DNA of 64,000 nt from an uncultured Actinomycetes bacterium (GCA_963742735.1 CAVUMN010000004.1:1376001-1440000); one strand, 5' to 3'; numbered from the stretch's first letter, positions 37,404-49,294 are shown. Numbers and translations: made by a program. The notes: a model not told the origin generated them from the letters alone.

Positions 37404-37950
37404 CGTCGTCCTCCTCGCCGAGCAGCTCCTTCAGCCGGGCTCGCGCCCGGTGCAGGTGCACCTTCGCCGTGTTCACCGAGCAGTCGAGCAGGTCGGCCAC
37501 CTCCACGACCGGACGGTCCTCGAAGTAGAACAGCACCACCGCGGCCCGCTGCTTCGCCGGCAGCCGGCTCACGGCGCGCAGGGCGTCCAGGTCCCTCCCC
37601 GGCGCCGTGGCGGGCTCCCTCGCCCCGGCCTCCAGGTCTCGCCGCCGCCACTCGCGCCGGGCGTTGCGCACCGCCAGGCGGATGGCCACCCGTCGGACCC
37701 ACGCGTCCGGCATCTCGTACCGGGAGACCTTCTTCCAGTGCCGGAGGAGCTGGACGAAGGCCTCCTGGGCGACGTCCTCCGCCCGCCCACGATCCCGCAC
37801 CACCAGGAAGACGGTCCGGACCACGGCCGCGAACTCCTCGCGGAAGAACCACGCGAACTCCTCGTCGGGGTCGGGCTCGGACGCGCCCCCCTCCACCGCC
37901 GAACGCCGGCGGCCGAGGCGATCTCCGAGCGCGTTCGTCGGGTCAGTCAT
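37393..37950 (-). CDS. ECF RNA polymerase sigma factor
   Basis: AEDVAQEAF, LPAKQRAAVVL, VNTAKVHLHRAR. Confidence 0.92.
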   Translation of the reverse strand: MTDPTNALGDRLGRRRSAVEGGASEPDPDEEFAWFFREEFAAVVRTVFLVVRDRGRAEDVAQEAFVQLLRHWKKVSRYEMPDAWVRRVAIRLAVRNARREWRRRDLEAGAREPATAPGRDLDALRAVSRLPAKQRAAVVLFYFEDRPVVEVADLLDCSVNTAKVHLHRARARLKELLGEEDDDER

Positions 37951-37963
37951 CTCCCCGAACCAT

Positions 37964-37992
37964 GACAGGCCCGGGAGGCCGGGGAGGTTTAC
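37964..37992 (-). promoter_or_regulatory. Putative autoregulatory ECF promoter GTAAAC-N16-GCCTGTC
   Basis: Matches the motif at 36788-36816. Confidence 0.65.
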
Positions 37993-37999
37993 CGCGGAG

Positions 38000-38662
38000 C
38001 TAGCCGGTGGTCGCCGAGGCGATCGGGTCGCTCGTCGGCCGGTCGCTGCCGCCGGCCGGCTCCTCGGTGACGGCCACCAGGTCGAAGTCGGTGCTCGCCA
38101 GCTGGAAGGGCACGACGCCGTCCCGGAAGAGCCCGGAGGGCACCATGCGCCCGTCCTCGCGGAGCCACAGCTCGTACACCCGTCCCGCCGGCGGCGCGGG
38201 GGCCTCGCTCACCAGGAGCGCGCCGTCGCTCCCGGGGACGTACGCCAGGGTGAAGTTCCCCTGAGGGCCGTGCATGACCGCGAGCTCCAGGCCGCCGGCC
38301 GGCCGGTCCCGGGTCACCAGCAGCGTCGCGCCGACCGAGCCCACGATCAGGATCACCGCGGCCGCCGCCCCCAGGACCGCTCGCCGCCACCGGGGCGCGG
38401 TGGTCCGGGCGGCCCGGCCGAGGTGCCGGCCTCCGGCGAGGGCGGCGATGCGGTCCTCGAGGTCGGCGGGGGGCTCGATGGGCGGCGTGGCCAGGGCCAG
38501 GCGCGCGGCGACCTCGGCGAAGTCCCCGTACAGGGCCAGGCACACCTCGCACCCGGGGCGGTGCTCCTCGAACTCCGTCTCGAAGGCGGCGCGCTCGATG
38601 GGATCCATGCCCCCGAGCACGTAGACGACGATGCGCTCCTCGATGACGGCGTGATCGATCAT
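38000..38662 (-). CDS. Anti-sigma factor, RskA-like
   Basis: ZAS-like H...CxxC (EHRPGCEVC), transmembrane helix, YELW, AVTEEPAGGS.RPT. Confidence 0.88.
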   Translation of the reverse strand: MIDHAVIEERIVVYVLGGMDPIERAAFETEFEEHRPGCEVCLALYGDFAEVAARLALATPPIEPPADLEDRIAALAGGRHLGRAARTTAPRWRRAVLGAAAAVILIVGSVGATLLVTRDRPAGGLELAVMHGPQGNFTLAYVPGSDGALLVSEAPAPPAGRVYELWLREDGRMVPSGLFRDGVVPFQLASTDFDLVAVTEEPAGGSDRPTSDPIASATTG

Positions 38663-39285
38663 GGGGCGTCCCTTCCGACGAGCGCGGCCCGCAGCCGGCG
38701 CATGGCCAGCAGGCAGCGGCTCTTCACGGTCCCGAGCGGCAGCGCCAGTCGCTCGGCGATCTGGGCCTGCGACAGGCCCCCGAAGTACATGAGGGTCACG
38801 ACCTCGGCCTGCTCGGCGGGAAGATCCTCCAGGGCCTCGCGGACCTGGGCCCGGTCGCCGGCGAGGTCCATGGTGCGCGCCACGTCGTCGGCGATGTCCG
38901 CGGCGGGGATGGTCTCGTGCTGGACGCGCTGGGCGCGCCGGGTGTGGGCCTCCTCGCGGCGGACCCCGTCCACGGCCCGGTGGTGGATCGAGGACAGGAG
39001 CCAGGTCCGGACCGTGCCGCGCGACGGGTCGTAGGCGCCAGCGCCCCTCCACAGCGCCAGGAAGGTCTCCTGCACGATCTCCTCGGCGAGGAACTCCTGC
39101 TTCACGATCCGCACCGCCAGGCCGAAGGACGCGGCCGCGTACCGGCGGTACAGCCCGCGAAAGGCGTCCTCGTCTCCCGCCGCGATACGGCGCAACAGGT
39201 CGCCGTCGCGGGCCTCGGACAGGCTAGCGACGGACAGGGGCTCCACCTCCTCGCGGAGGCGAAGCGGCAGGACGGATGCCGTCAT
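38659..39285 (-). CDS. ECF sigma factor, SigK-like
   Basis: AEEIVQETF, YDPSRG..RTW, YFGGLSQ..IA, PLGTVKSR; paired with the RskA-like gene. Confidence 0.9.
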   Translation of the reverse strand: MTASVLPLRLREEVEPLSVASLSEARDGDLLRRIAAGDEDAFRGLYRRYAAASFGLAVRIVKQEFLAEEIVQETFLALWRGAGAYDPSRGTVRTWLLSSIHHRAVDGVRREEAHTRRAQRVQHETIPAADIADDVARTMDLAGDRAQVREALEDLPAEQAEVVTLMYFGGLSQAQIAERLALPLGTVKSRCLLAMRRLRAALVGRDAP

Positions 39286-39317
39286 GGGGACCTCGTGCCG
39301 GTGGTCGATGCCCCTGC

Positions 39318-39344
39318 ATTCGCACGCGGGGGGCCCTCGGATGA
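39318..39344 (-). promoter_or_regulatory. SigK-type promoter TCATCC-N15-GCGAAT
   Basis: Resembles the mycobacterial SigK consensus CCATCC-N15-CCGAAT; directly upstream of the SigK-like gene. Confidence 0.65.
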
Positions 39345-39352
39345 GTCACGGC

Positions 39353-41302
39353 TCAGACGAGCTCGCGAACCCGCTCGAGGGCGGAGGGGTTCTCCAGGCT
39401 CGAGAGGTCGCCGGGGTCCTCGCCCAGGGCCGTCGCCCGCAGGGCCCGGCGGAGGATCTTGGCCGACCGCGTCTTCGGAAGCTCGTCCACGAACACGATG
39501 CGCGAGGGCCGGAACGACTTGCCAAGCTGCTCGGCGACCAGGTCCTTCAGCTCGTTCGCGAGCGGTTCGTCCGGCTCCGTCCCGGGGATGGTGACGACGA
39601 AGCACCAGATCGCCTCGCCCTTGACCTCGTGGGGGACGCCCACCGCCGCGGACTCGGAGACGGCGGGGTGGTCGACCAGGGCGCTCTCGACCTCGGCCGG
39701 GCCGAGGCGCTTGCCGGCGATGTTCATCGTGTCGTCGGAGCGGCCGTGGAGGAACCAGAAGCCGTCCGCGTCGACGCTCGCCCAGTCCCCGTGCACCCAG
39801 ACGTCCGGCCACCGGCTCCAGTAGGTCTCCAGGTAGCGGTCGGGGTCGCGGTACAGCCCGCGGGTCATACCGGGCCAGGGCTTCGTGCACACCAGCTCGC
39901 CGACCTCGCCCTGGGCCACGGGCTTCCCGTCCGGCCCCCACACATCGATGGCCATGCCCAGCGACGGGCCCCGCAGGGTGCAGGCCTTCAGCTCGCTGAC
40001 GGGATAGCAGGACAGGAAGCAGGCCCCCACCTCGGTGCCGCCCGAGATGTTGATGATCGGGACGCGACCCTCGCCGACGCGGTCGAGGAGCCACAGATAG
40101 GGGTCGGGGTTCCACGGCTCGCCGGTCGAGCCGAAGATCCGCAGGCTCGAGCGGTCGTGGCTCGTGGCGTGCTCGTCGCCGGCCGGGATCAGCGCGCGGA
40201 TCAGGGTGGGGGAGACGCCGAGCACGGTGATCCGGTGCCGCTCGACCATGTCCCAGATGCGATCGGGGCCCGGGTGGTTGGGCGCGCCGTCGTAGAGGAA
40301 CACCGTCGCGCCGAGGGCGCCGGCGCCGACGATCTGCCATGGGCCCATGATCCAGCCGAGGTCGGTGAGCCAGAACAGCGTGTCCTCGGGATGCACGTCG
40401 GTCTGGTACGCGACCTCGCTGGCGATCTTCACCAGGAAACCGCCGTGGACGTGGACCGAGCCCTTCGGCCGCCCGGTGGTGCCGCTCGTGTAGGCGACGA
40501 ACAGCGGCGTCTCGGGGTCCAGGCGCTCGGTCTCGAACCGGGCCGGCTGCGCGCCGGCGAGCTCGTCCCACCGGAGGTCGCGGGCGTCGTTCCACGGCAG
40601 CCCGGTCCGTCCAAGGCGCGACCACACGACGACCTTCTCGACGGTGGGAGCGCGGTCCGCGGCCTCGTCGGCCGTCTCCTTCATCGGGACGACGTTGCCG
40701 CGCCGCGTGAAGCCGTCGGCCGTCAGCAGCACCTTCGCGCCGGCGTCCTGCAGCCGCGTGGCCACGGCCTCCGCGCCGTAGCCGCTGAAGATCGGGAGGT
40801 AGATCGCCCCCAGCTTCGCGCAGGCGAGGGTGGCCGCCACGATCTCCGGGGCCATCGGCATGAAGATGCCGACGGCGTCGCCTCGTCCCACGCCGAGCGA
40901 GCGGAGGCCGTTCGCCAGCCGGTCGGCCATCTCCCGGAGCTCGGCGTACGTCACCGAGCGGGTGACGCCCTCCTCGCCCTCCCACAGGATCGCGACCTTC
41001 TCGGGGGTGGCGGCCGCCCACCGGTCGACGGTGTTGTGGGCCAGGTTGACCGAGCCGCCCGCGAACCACGTCGACCAGGCGATCCCCCGGGAGTCGTCGA
41101 GGACCCGGTCGTACGGCTCGTAGAACTCGATGCCGAGGTCCTTCACGACCGCGTCCCAGTACCACTCGATGTCGTCCTGGGACCGGCGGAGGAGCTCGTC
41201 GAAGGACTCGATGCCGTGGGCGCGCATCAGCCGGGTGACGTTGGCGTGCTCGACGTGCGCGGCGCTCGGCCGCCACACGATCTCCACATCGGGCTCCGGC
41301 AC
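39353..41302 (-). CDS. AMP-forming acetate/acyl-CoA ligase
   Basis: YTSGTTGRPKG, STGEP, ISGGTE, GRSDD, LPKTRSAKI. Confidence 0.92.
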   Translation of the reverse strand: MPEPDVEIVWRPSAAHVEHANVTRLMRAHGIESFDELLRRSQDDIEWYWDAVVKDLGIEFYEPYDRVLDDSRGIAWSTWFAGGSVNLAHNTVDRWAAATPEKVAILWEGEEGVTRSVTYAELREMADRLANGLRSLGVGRGDAVGIFMPMAPEIVAATLACAKLGAIYLPIFSGYGAEAVATRLQDAGAKVLLTADGFTRRGNVVPMKETADEAADRAPTVEKVVVWSRLGRTGLPWNDARDLRWDELAGAQPARFETERLDPETPLFVAYTSGTTGRPKGSVHVHGGFLVKIASEVAYQTDVHPEDTLFWLTDLGWIMGPWQIVGAGALGATVFLYDGAPNHPGPDRIWDMVERHRITVLGVSPTLIRALIPAGDEHATSHDRSSLRIFGSTGEPWNPDPYLWLLDRVGEGRVPIINISGGTEVGACFLSCYPVSELKACTLRGPSLGMAIDVWGPDGKPVAQGEVGELVCTKPWPGMTRGLYRDPDRYLETYWSRWPDVWVHGDWASVDADGFWFLHGRSDDTMNIAGKRLGPAEVESALVDHPAVSESAAVGVPHEVKGEAIWCFVVTIPGTEPDEPLANELKDLVAEQLGKSFRPSRIVFVDELPKTRSAKILRRALRATALGEDPGDLSSLENPSALERVRELV

Positions 41303-41337
41303 GGCCTCGCTCTCCCCGTTACGCTGGCGGACCAACC

Positions 41338-42648
41338 ATGCCACAAGCCTCTTCCCTTCGGAAACCAGGATCGCGCCGTCTGCGGCGCCCCGCGATCGTG
41401 CTGGCGGGCGTGCTGTCGGCGCTGATCGCGCTGGGCTCCACCTACGCGTTCGGCTACCTGTGGTACCTCCAGTCCAGCCTGAAGCGGGCGGAGGTGGAGA
41501 GGCTCCCCGAGGCGTTCGACGGCCCCCAGAACATCCTGATCCTGGGCAGCGATTCGCGGGCCAACCTGACCCCCGAGGAGCAGGAGGCCCAGGGAAGCGA
41601 GGACGACGTCCCCGGCCACCGCGCCGACACGATCATCCTGCTGCACGTCGATCCGGCGACCGGCAAGTCGGTCGTGATCCACTTCCCGCGGGACCTTCGG
41701 GTCGCGATCGCCGGGACCGGCGCGCTCAACAAGATCAACACGGCCTTCGAGGGCGGGCCCCAGCGGATGATCGACACGATCGAGGACTTCTCGGGCCTGA
41801 CCATCAACCACTACGTCGAGGTCGACTTCGCCGGGTTCAAGGGCATCGTCGACGCGATGGGCGGAGTCGACATCTGCATCGACCGGCCGTTGGTCGACCG
41901 CATCGCCGAGCTGTACCTGCCCGAGGTGGGGTGCTACCTGCTCGGCGGGAAGATGGCCCTGGCGTTCGTCCGCGCGCGCAGCGTCGAGGGCGACCTGATC
42001 CCGGACTTCTCCAGGATCGCCCGGCAGCAGCAGTTCCTGCGGGCCGTGCTGAACCGAACGTCGATCTTCAGCCTGCCCGGCGTGGCCCGGGCGGTCATCG
42101 ACAGCATCTCGGTCGACCCCGGGATCACGGTCACCGACATGTACGACATCTCGAAACGCCTGGGGAAGATCGGCACGCCCGACGTGGACTTTCGCGTGGT
42201 ACCGGGAACCCCCCAGACGATCGACGAGATCAGCTACGTGGTGCCCTACGCGGACCTGGCCGATGAGCTGTTCGCGCGGCTCCGGGAGGGCCGGCCCCTC
42301 GGGAAGGTGGGGCTCGAGCTGCCCCTGACCGAGCCCCACGCCAGCGTGAAGGTCCGGGTCCTCGACGCGGGGGGCGACGTCGAGCTGGTTCGCCAGCGGC
42401 TGATCAACGGCGGTTTCGACGTCCTGCCCACGATCCCGGCGCCTGCGGGGGATACGACCTCCGGACTCCTGTACGCGAAGAGCCGTGAGCCGGCCGCGGC
42501 GCTGGTCGCCCGATACCTGGGCAGCCTGTTCGCGTTCGAGTCGGCGCCCTCCGTCGAGCCCGCCGCGAAGGGCTTCCTGCAGGATGCCCACGTGGGCATC
42601 GTGGTCGGACCCGACTTCCCCGAGCCGGTGCGGCGGGTGGACGCATGA
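41338..42648 (+). CDS. LCP (LytR-CpsA-Psr) family glycopolymer transferase with LytR_C-like tail
   Basis: Transmembrane helix, NILILGSDSR, RADTI, PRD, KIN.A, R..RQQQFL. Confidence 0.92.
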   Translation: MPQASSLRKPGSRRLRRPAIVLAGVLSALIALGSTYAFGYLWYLQSSLKRAEVERLPEAFDGPQNILILGSDSRANLTPEEQEAQGSEDDVPGHRADTIILLHVDPATGKSVVIHFPRDLRVAIAGTGALNKINTAFEGGPQRMIDTIEDFSGLTINHYVEVDFAGFKGIVDAMGGVDICIDRPLVDRIAELYLPEVGCYLLGGKMALAFVRARSVEGDLIPDFSRIARQQQFLRAVLNRTSIFSLPGVARAVIDSISVDPGITVTDMYDISKRLGKIGTPDVDFRVVPGTPQTIDEISYVVPYADLADELFARLREGRPLGKVGLELPLTEPHASVKVRVLDAGGDVELVRQRLINGGFDVLPTIPAPAGDTTSGLLYAKSREPAAALVARYLGSLFAFESAPSVEPAAKGFLQDAHVGIVVGPDFPEPVRRVDA

Positions 42649-43708
42649 AGGCCCTGGTGCTGTCCGGCGGCGAGGGCTCGCGGCTCCGGCCGATCACCCA
42701 CACTCAGGCGAAGCAGCTCATCCCCGTGGCGAACAAGCCGATCCTGTTCTACTGCCTGGAGGCGATGCGGGACGCGGGCATCCGCGAGGTCGGCATCGTG
42801 GTCGGCCAGACCGCCGGCGAGATCCGGCACGGCCGTCGGCGACGGCTCCGCGTGGGGCCTGGAGGTCACGTATCTCCCGCAGGAGGCGCCCCTCGGCCTG
42901 GCCCACGCCGTGAAGATCGCGCGGGAGTTCATCGGCGACGAGCCGTTCGTCATGTACCTGGGCGACAACGTGCTGCTGGAGGGCGTGGCCGGCTTCGTCA
43001 AGGAGTTCGAGGCCCACTCGGCCGAACGCGCAGATCTTCCTGGCGAGGGTTCCCGAGCCGGAGCGGTTCGGCGTGGCCGTCGTCGACGGCGACCGTGCGG
43101 TGCGGCTGGTGGAGAAGCCGAAGGAGCACATCTCCGACCTGGCGCTGGTCGGCGTCTACATCTTCGACGCGACGGTGTTCGAGGCGGTCGACGCGATCGA
43201 GCCGTCGGGCCGGGGCGAGCTCGAGATCACCGACGCGATCCAGCACCTGATCGACTCCGGCCGAACCGTGCGCACGCACATGGTCACCGAGTGGTGGAAG
43301 GACACCGGCCGGCTCGAGGATCTGCTCGAGGCGAACCGGATCATGCTGGGCACGCTGGCCGGCCGGGTCGAGGGCGAGGTCGACGGGGAGTCCCGGCTGC
43401 TCGGCCCGGTGATCGTCGAGAAGGGCGCGAAGGTCGTCCGCTCCGCGATCCGCGGGCCGGCGATCATCGGCGAGGACACCGTCATCGAGGACTCGATCCT
43501 CGGGCCGTTCACGTCGATCTACTACGGCTGCCGCGTGACGGCCTCGGAGATCGAGAACTCCATCGTCATGGAGCAGTGCGTGATCCAGGACGTCCGCGCC
43601 ATCACCGACTAGCTGATCGGCAAGCGCGTCGAGGTGCGCAAGGGCGCCGAGCGCCCCGCCGCCTACCGCCTGATGCTCGGCGACCAGTCCCAGGTCCAGG
43701 TCTTCTGA
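42645..43708 (+). pseudogene. rfbA: Glucose-1-phosphate thymidylyltransferase (long form), two frameshifts and an internal TAG
   Basis: GGEGSRLRP, KQLIPVANKP; YLGDN; EKP, GELEITD in successive frames; shifts near 42828 and 43022, TAG 43610-43612. Confidence 0.85.
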
Positions 43709-43761
43709 GCGTCGTTCGCGCAACCGGATCGAGCCGAGTGGGCTGTTACGCTTCGGGCACC

Positions 43762-44121
43762 GTGCGTGAGTTCCTGAAGAAGGCCCTTCCTCGCCCGCTG
43801 GTCGACTGGATCCGCCGCCGTCTGGCGGTGCGCCGGTACCTGCGGGCGATCTCGTACGAGCTGCTGGCGCGGGACACGCGGCTGGACGATCTGGAGGCGC
43901 AGATCGCGGCCCGGCGCGACGGCTTCTACGACCGGCTGGTCCTCGACGTGCTCGACCGGACCGACCTGGTCATGCAGCAGCTCGACCGCAAGATCGAGGG
44001 CGTGAACGCGCGCCACGGCGAGCGGATCGCCGACCTGGAAGCGGCCTCCGCCGAGCTGACCGAAGCCATCGGAGCGGCTGCGAACCGCCATGGAGGCGCC
44101 GGCCCGGCCGGCCTGAGCGGC
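43762..44121 (+). CDS. Hypothetical coiled-coil protein, in frame with the downstream GT4
   Basis: VREFLKKALPRPLVDWIRR...LDRKIEG; -10 box TACGCT upstream; may be fused to the GT or separated by an indel. Confidence 0.5.
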
Positions 44122-45339
44122 GTGCGCCTGGCCTGGCTGTCGCCGCTCCCGCCGATCCCCTCCGGCATCTCCGACTACTCGGCGGAGATCCTTCCGTTCC
44201 TCGCCGAGCGGGCGGACGTCACGGCGATCTCGCCGAAGCCCAAGGGACTCTTCACCCGCCTGCATCCGCCGGAGGGCATCGCGGTGCGCCGTCCGGGTGA
44301 CGTACCGGCCCGAGGACTTCGACGCGTCGCTACTTCCACCTGGGGAACAACCCCTGGCACGAGTTCGTGTACGAGGCGTTCCTGCGCTCGCCCGGCATCG
44401 CGGTCTTCCACGACTTCGTCACCCACCACCTGGTCGCGCACCTGATGGTCGAGGCGAACCACCAGGAGGACCGCTACCTGGACATCCTGGAGGACGAGCA
44501 CGGCGAGGCCGGCACCAAGCTGTTCCGGCTGAAGCGCTACGGCGTGGCCACGGACTTCGAGAAGTTCCTGTTCCCGCTCGCCGGCTACGTGGCTCGCCGT
44601 GCGCCGGGGATCGTCGTCCACAACGCCGACTCCGCGCGAGAAGATGGCCGAGCTCGCGCCGGGCATGCCCCTGGAGGTGATCCCGCATCACGCCGGCGCC
44701 CCGCCCGCGGCGGTGGCCGGCGTCACTCGCGAGGAGGCCCGGCGGCGTCTGAAGCTTCCGACCGACGGCTTCCTGGTCGGCCACTTCGGCTTCATCACCC
44801 GCCCCAAGCAGCCCGAGGCGGTCGTGAAGGGCTTCGCCGTCCTGCATGCCGAGGATCCCTCCGCGAAGCTGGTCCTGGTGGGCGCCGACAACACCGGCGG
44901 CGGCCTGGAGCGACTGATCGATCGCGTCGGGGTGCGCGACGCGGTCCGCCACGCGGGCTTCGTGGACCTCGAGCGCTTCTACCTGTACCTGCGCGCCGTG
45001 GACGCGGTCGTCAACCTGCGCTACCCGAGCGCGGGGGAGTCAGTCCGGAACGTTCGCCCGCGCGCTGGCCGAGGGCAAGCCGACGATCGTGAACAACTAC
45101 GGCTCGTTCGCGGAGGTCCATCGCGACGTCACGCTGAAGGTCGAGATCGACGGGCCACAGGCGGAGCAGGTGGGCGAGCACCTCCTGCACCTCCGGCGCG
45201 AGCCGGCCTACCGGGCCGAGATCGCGGCGAACGCGCGGAGCCGTACGCGACCACGGTGCTCGACCCCGTCCGGTGCCGCGACCTGTACGTCGACTTCGCC
45301 GCGCGGGTGGCCGGGACGGACGTCCGGCAGCCCGTGTGA
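44122..45339 (+). pseudogene. Glycosyltransferase family 4, multiple frameshifts
   Basis: SPLPP..SGISDYS; HLGNNPWH; FGFITRPK; NLRYPSAGE; shifts near 44297, 44330, 44640, 45043, 45240. Confidence 0.78.
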
Positions 45340-45392
45340 AGGCCCTGTGAAGGCCTCCTGACCAGCCAGGATCGGCCGGAACACCGGTCTAG

Positions 45393-46357
<965 letters not shown>

Positions 46358-46361
<4 letters not shown>

Positions 46362-47203
46362 GGATCGCGGTCACCGGCTCGAACGGCGGCCTCGGCCGGG
46401 CGTTCCTGGAGCAGGTCCCGGCGCATCACCAGGTTCACCCGTTCTCTCACGCCGAGCTCGCCGTCGAGGACTTCCACGCCGTGATGCAGACGCTGGTGCC
46501 GATCGCCCCGGAGGCGATCCTGCACTTCGCCGCGATGACCGGGGTGGACGCCTGCGAGACCGACGAGGCCCGGGCGTTCGCCGTGAACGCTGCCGGCGCG
46601 CGCAACGTCGCCGACGCGGCCCGGAGGACCGGCGCCCGCCTGCTGGCGGTCTCCACCGACTACGTGTTCGACGGGACGAAGGGCGCGGCGTACCACGAGT
46701 TCGATGGGCCGAACCCGCTCAGCGTGTACGGGCGGAGCAAGCTCGCCGGCGAGGAGGCCGTCCGCGAGCTGGCTCCCGAGGCCTGCGTCGTTCGGACCGC
46801 GTGGGTGTTCGGGGCCGGGGACGACTTCGTGACCGGGGCCGTGCGGAAGCTGGCGGCCGGCGAATCGGCGGCGGGGATCGTCGACCTGCACGGCACGCCG
46901 ACGTACGTGCGGCACCTGGCCGCGCGGCTGCTCCCCCTGCTGCGCTCGGGGCGGTCGGGGACCTTTCACCTCGGCGGGCCGGAGCGGCTGTCGTTCCACG
47001 AGCTGCTGTCGAGGGCGAAGGCGCTCGGCCATCTGGCGGGCGAGCTCACCGAGCAGAAGGCGGGCGACCTGGACCGGCCGGCGCCGCGTCCCGTGGACTC
47101 GTCGCTCGCCAGCCTGCGCGCGGACGAGGCGGGCGTGGCGCCGATGCCGCCGGTCGACGAGGCCCTCACCGACCTGCTGGAGCGGATCCGTGGCGGCGAC
47201 TGA
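46358..47203 (+). CDS. rfbD: dTDP-4-dehydrorhamnose reductase
   Basis: TGSNGGLG, VDACE, STDYVFDG, YGRSK, APRP. Confidence 0.92.
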
Positions 47204-48116
47204 GCTCGAGCCCGAGGTCCTGGTCCGGACCAGCGAGCCCCCGAAGCTCCGCGTCCGCCGGCGTCTGCGCGAGCTCGCCGGCCACCGCGAGATCCTCGTC
47301 AACCTGGTTCGCAAGGAGCTGAAGGTGCGCTACGCGACGAGCGCCCTCGGCGTGGCCTGGTCGATGCTCAACCCGCTCCTGTACCTGGCGGTGTTCGGCG
47401 TCGTCTTCACGTTCTTCCTGAAGTCGGGGATCCCCGACTTCCCGGTGTTCCTGCTGTCGGGGATCGTCGCCTGGACCCTGTTCTCCACGGCCGTCGGGCA
47501 GGCGACGACGTCGATCGTGGGCAACGCGAACCTGGTCTCCAAGGTGGCGTTCCCGAGAGAGATCCTTCCGCTCGCCAGCATCGGGGCCGCGTTGGTCAAC
47601 TCGGCGTTCCAGCTGCTGGTCCTGTTCGCGTTCATCCTCGTCATCGGGCACCCCGTCCTCGGCTGGAATCTCGTCCTGCTCCCGCTGGCCTTCGTGGTCC
47701 TCCTGCTGTTCACCGCCGCGATGGCGTTCCTCGTCTCCGCCTTCAACGTGCGCTATCGCGACACCCAGCATCTGGTCGAGCTCGGACTCCTCGCGTGGTT
47801 CTGGGTAACCCCGATCGTGTACCCGGCCGGAGCCATCGCGACCAGGTTCGCCGACGCCGGTTGGTCCTTCGACCTCTACCTGATCAACCCCATGACGGAC
47901 ATCGTCATGGGGTTCCAGCGCGCGCTGTACGGCGCGACCGCCGTCGGAACCGAGGGGGGCAAGTTCGCCGAGAAGGGACAGGCGATCCTGCCGAACGGCA
48001 CACTCGACTACTACGCGGTGCGGCTGGGGATCGTCGGTCTGGCGTCCCTCGTGCTGCTGTTCCTGTCCTGGCGGTTCTTCTTCAACCGGTCGGGCGACTT
48101 CGCGGAGGAGCTGTGA
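47190..48116 (+). CDS. wzm: ABC-2 polysaccharide export permease
   Basis: KELKVRY..S.LG..W, KVAFPR, TPIVYP, INPM, FAEEL. Confidence 0.9.
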   Translation: MAATELEPEVLVRTSEPPKLRVRRRLRELAGHREILVNLVRKELKVRYATSALGVAWSMLNPLLYLAVFGVVFTFFLKSGIPDFPVFLLSGIVAWTLFSTAVGQATTSIVGNANLVSKVAFPREILPLASIGAALVNSAFQLLVLFAFILVIGHPVLGWNLVLLPLAFVVLLLFTAAMAFLVSAFNVRYRDTQHLVELGLLAWFWVTPIVYPAGAIATRFADAGWSFDLYLINPMTDIVMGFQRALYGATAVGTEGGKFAEKGQAILPNGTLDYYAVRLGIVGLASLVLLFLSWRFFFNRSGDFAEEL

Positions 48117-49294
48117 GCCCGCCGACCATCGCCATCGAGGGCATCTCCAAGCGCTTCAACCTGTACGCCGAGAAGGCCTCGAGCCTGAAGGAGCGCATCG
48201 TCCGGCTTCGGCGCTCGAAGGCCCGCGAGTTCTGGGCCCTGCAGGACGTCTCCTACGACATCCCCGCCGGGCGCACCGTCGGGCTTGTCGGCGCGAACGG
48301 GTCCGGCAAGACCACGCTCCTCAAGGTGATCGGCGGGATCATCCGGCCCACGGCCGGGACGGTGACCACGCGTGGCCGCATCGCGGCCCTCCTGGAGCTC
48401 GGGGCCGGCTTCCATCCGGAGCTCACCGGCCGCGAGAACGTCTACCTGAACGCGTCGATCCTCGGCCTCACCAAGAAGGAGACCGACCGGCACTTCGACG
48501 AGATCGTCGCCTTCGCCGAGCTCGAGTCGTTCATCGACCAGCAGGTCAAGTACTACTCGAGCGGCATGTTCGTGCGGCTCGGCTTCGCCGTGGCGGTCCA
48601 CGTCGACCCACAGATCCTGCTGGTGGACGAGGTCCTGGCGGTCGGCGACGAGGGGTTCCAGCGCAAGTGCATCGAGCGCGTCAAGCAGTTCCAGGCCGAG
48701 GGCCGCACGATCGTCTTCGTGACCCACGCCGTGGACCTGGTCCGGCGCATCTGCGACGAGGCGATCATGCTCGACCACGGCAAGGTCGCGGCCTCCGGCG
48801 AGGTCGACTCGGTGATCTCTGAGCTGCGAACCATCCTGTTGCAGCAGCACGCGTACTACGCCGGCGAGGAGGGCACCCGCGACCTGGAGATCGTGAGCGC
48901 CGAGGTCTACGACGAGCAGGGCCGCACCGGCGCCGCCTTTCACCCCGGCGACACCGTCGTCGTCCAGGTCGACCTGAAGGCCAACAAGCCCGTGGAGAAC
49001 CCGGTCATCTCCATCGGGCTCACCGACGGCGACGACCAGTTCGTGTTCGGCACCAACACCGACTGGCGGCAGCAGCGGTGGCCCGTGTTCGAGGGCAAGC
49101 AGCGGGTGAAGTTCATCCTTCGCGGCATCCCGTTCGTCGAGGGCCGGTATTCGGTGACCCTGGGGGCGCACTCGCGCGACGTGAGCACCGTCTACCACTC
49201 CCTGGAGAACCGCTTCTTCTTCGACGTGTCCCGCGGCGAGGAGAACACCGGCCGGGTGTTCATTCCCGTCGAGGTTCAGGTCGAGCCCCTGTGA
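48113..49294 (+). CDS. wzt: ABC polysaccharide export ATPase with Wzt C-terminal domain
   Basis: GANGSGKTT, GFHPELTGREN, YSSGM, DEVLAVGD. Confidence 0.92.
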   Translation: MSPPTIAIEGISKRFNLYAEKASSLKERIVRLRRSKAREFWALQDVSYDIPAGRTVGLVGANGSGKTTLLKVIGGIIRPTAGTVTTRGRIAALLELGAGFHPELTGRENVYLNASILGLTKKETDRHFDEIVAFAELESFIDQQVKYYSSGMFVRLGFAVAVHVDPQILLVDEVLAVGDEGFQRKCIERVKQFQAEGRTIVFVTHAVDLVRRICDEAIMLDHGKVAASGEVDSVISELRTILLQQHAYYAGEEGTRDLEIVSAEVYDEQGRTGAAFHPGDTVVVQVDLKANKPVENPVISIGLTDGDDQFVFGTNTDWRQQRWPVFEGKQRVKFILRGIPFVEGRYSVTLGAHSRDVSTVYHSLENRFFFDVSRGEENTGRVFIPVEVQVEPL

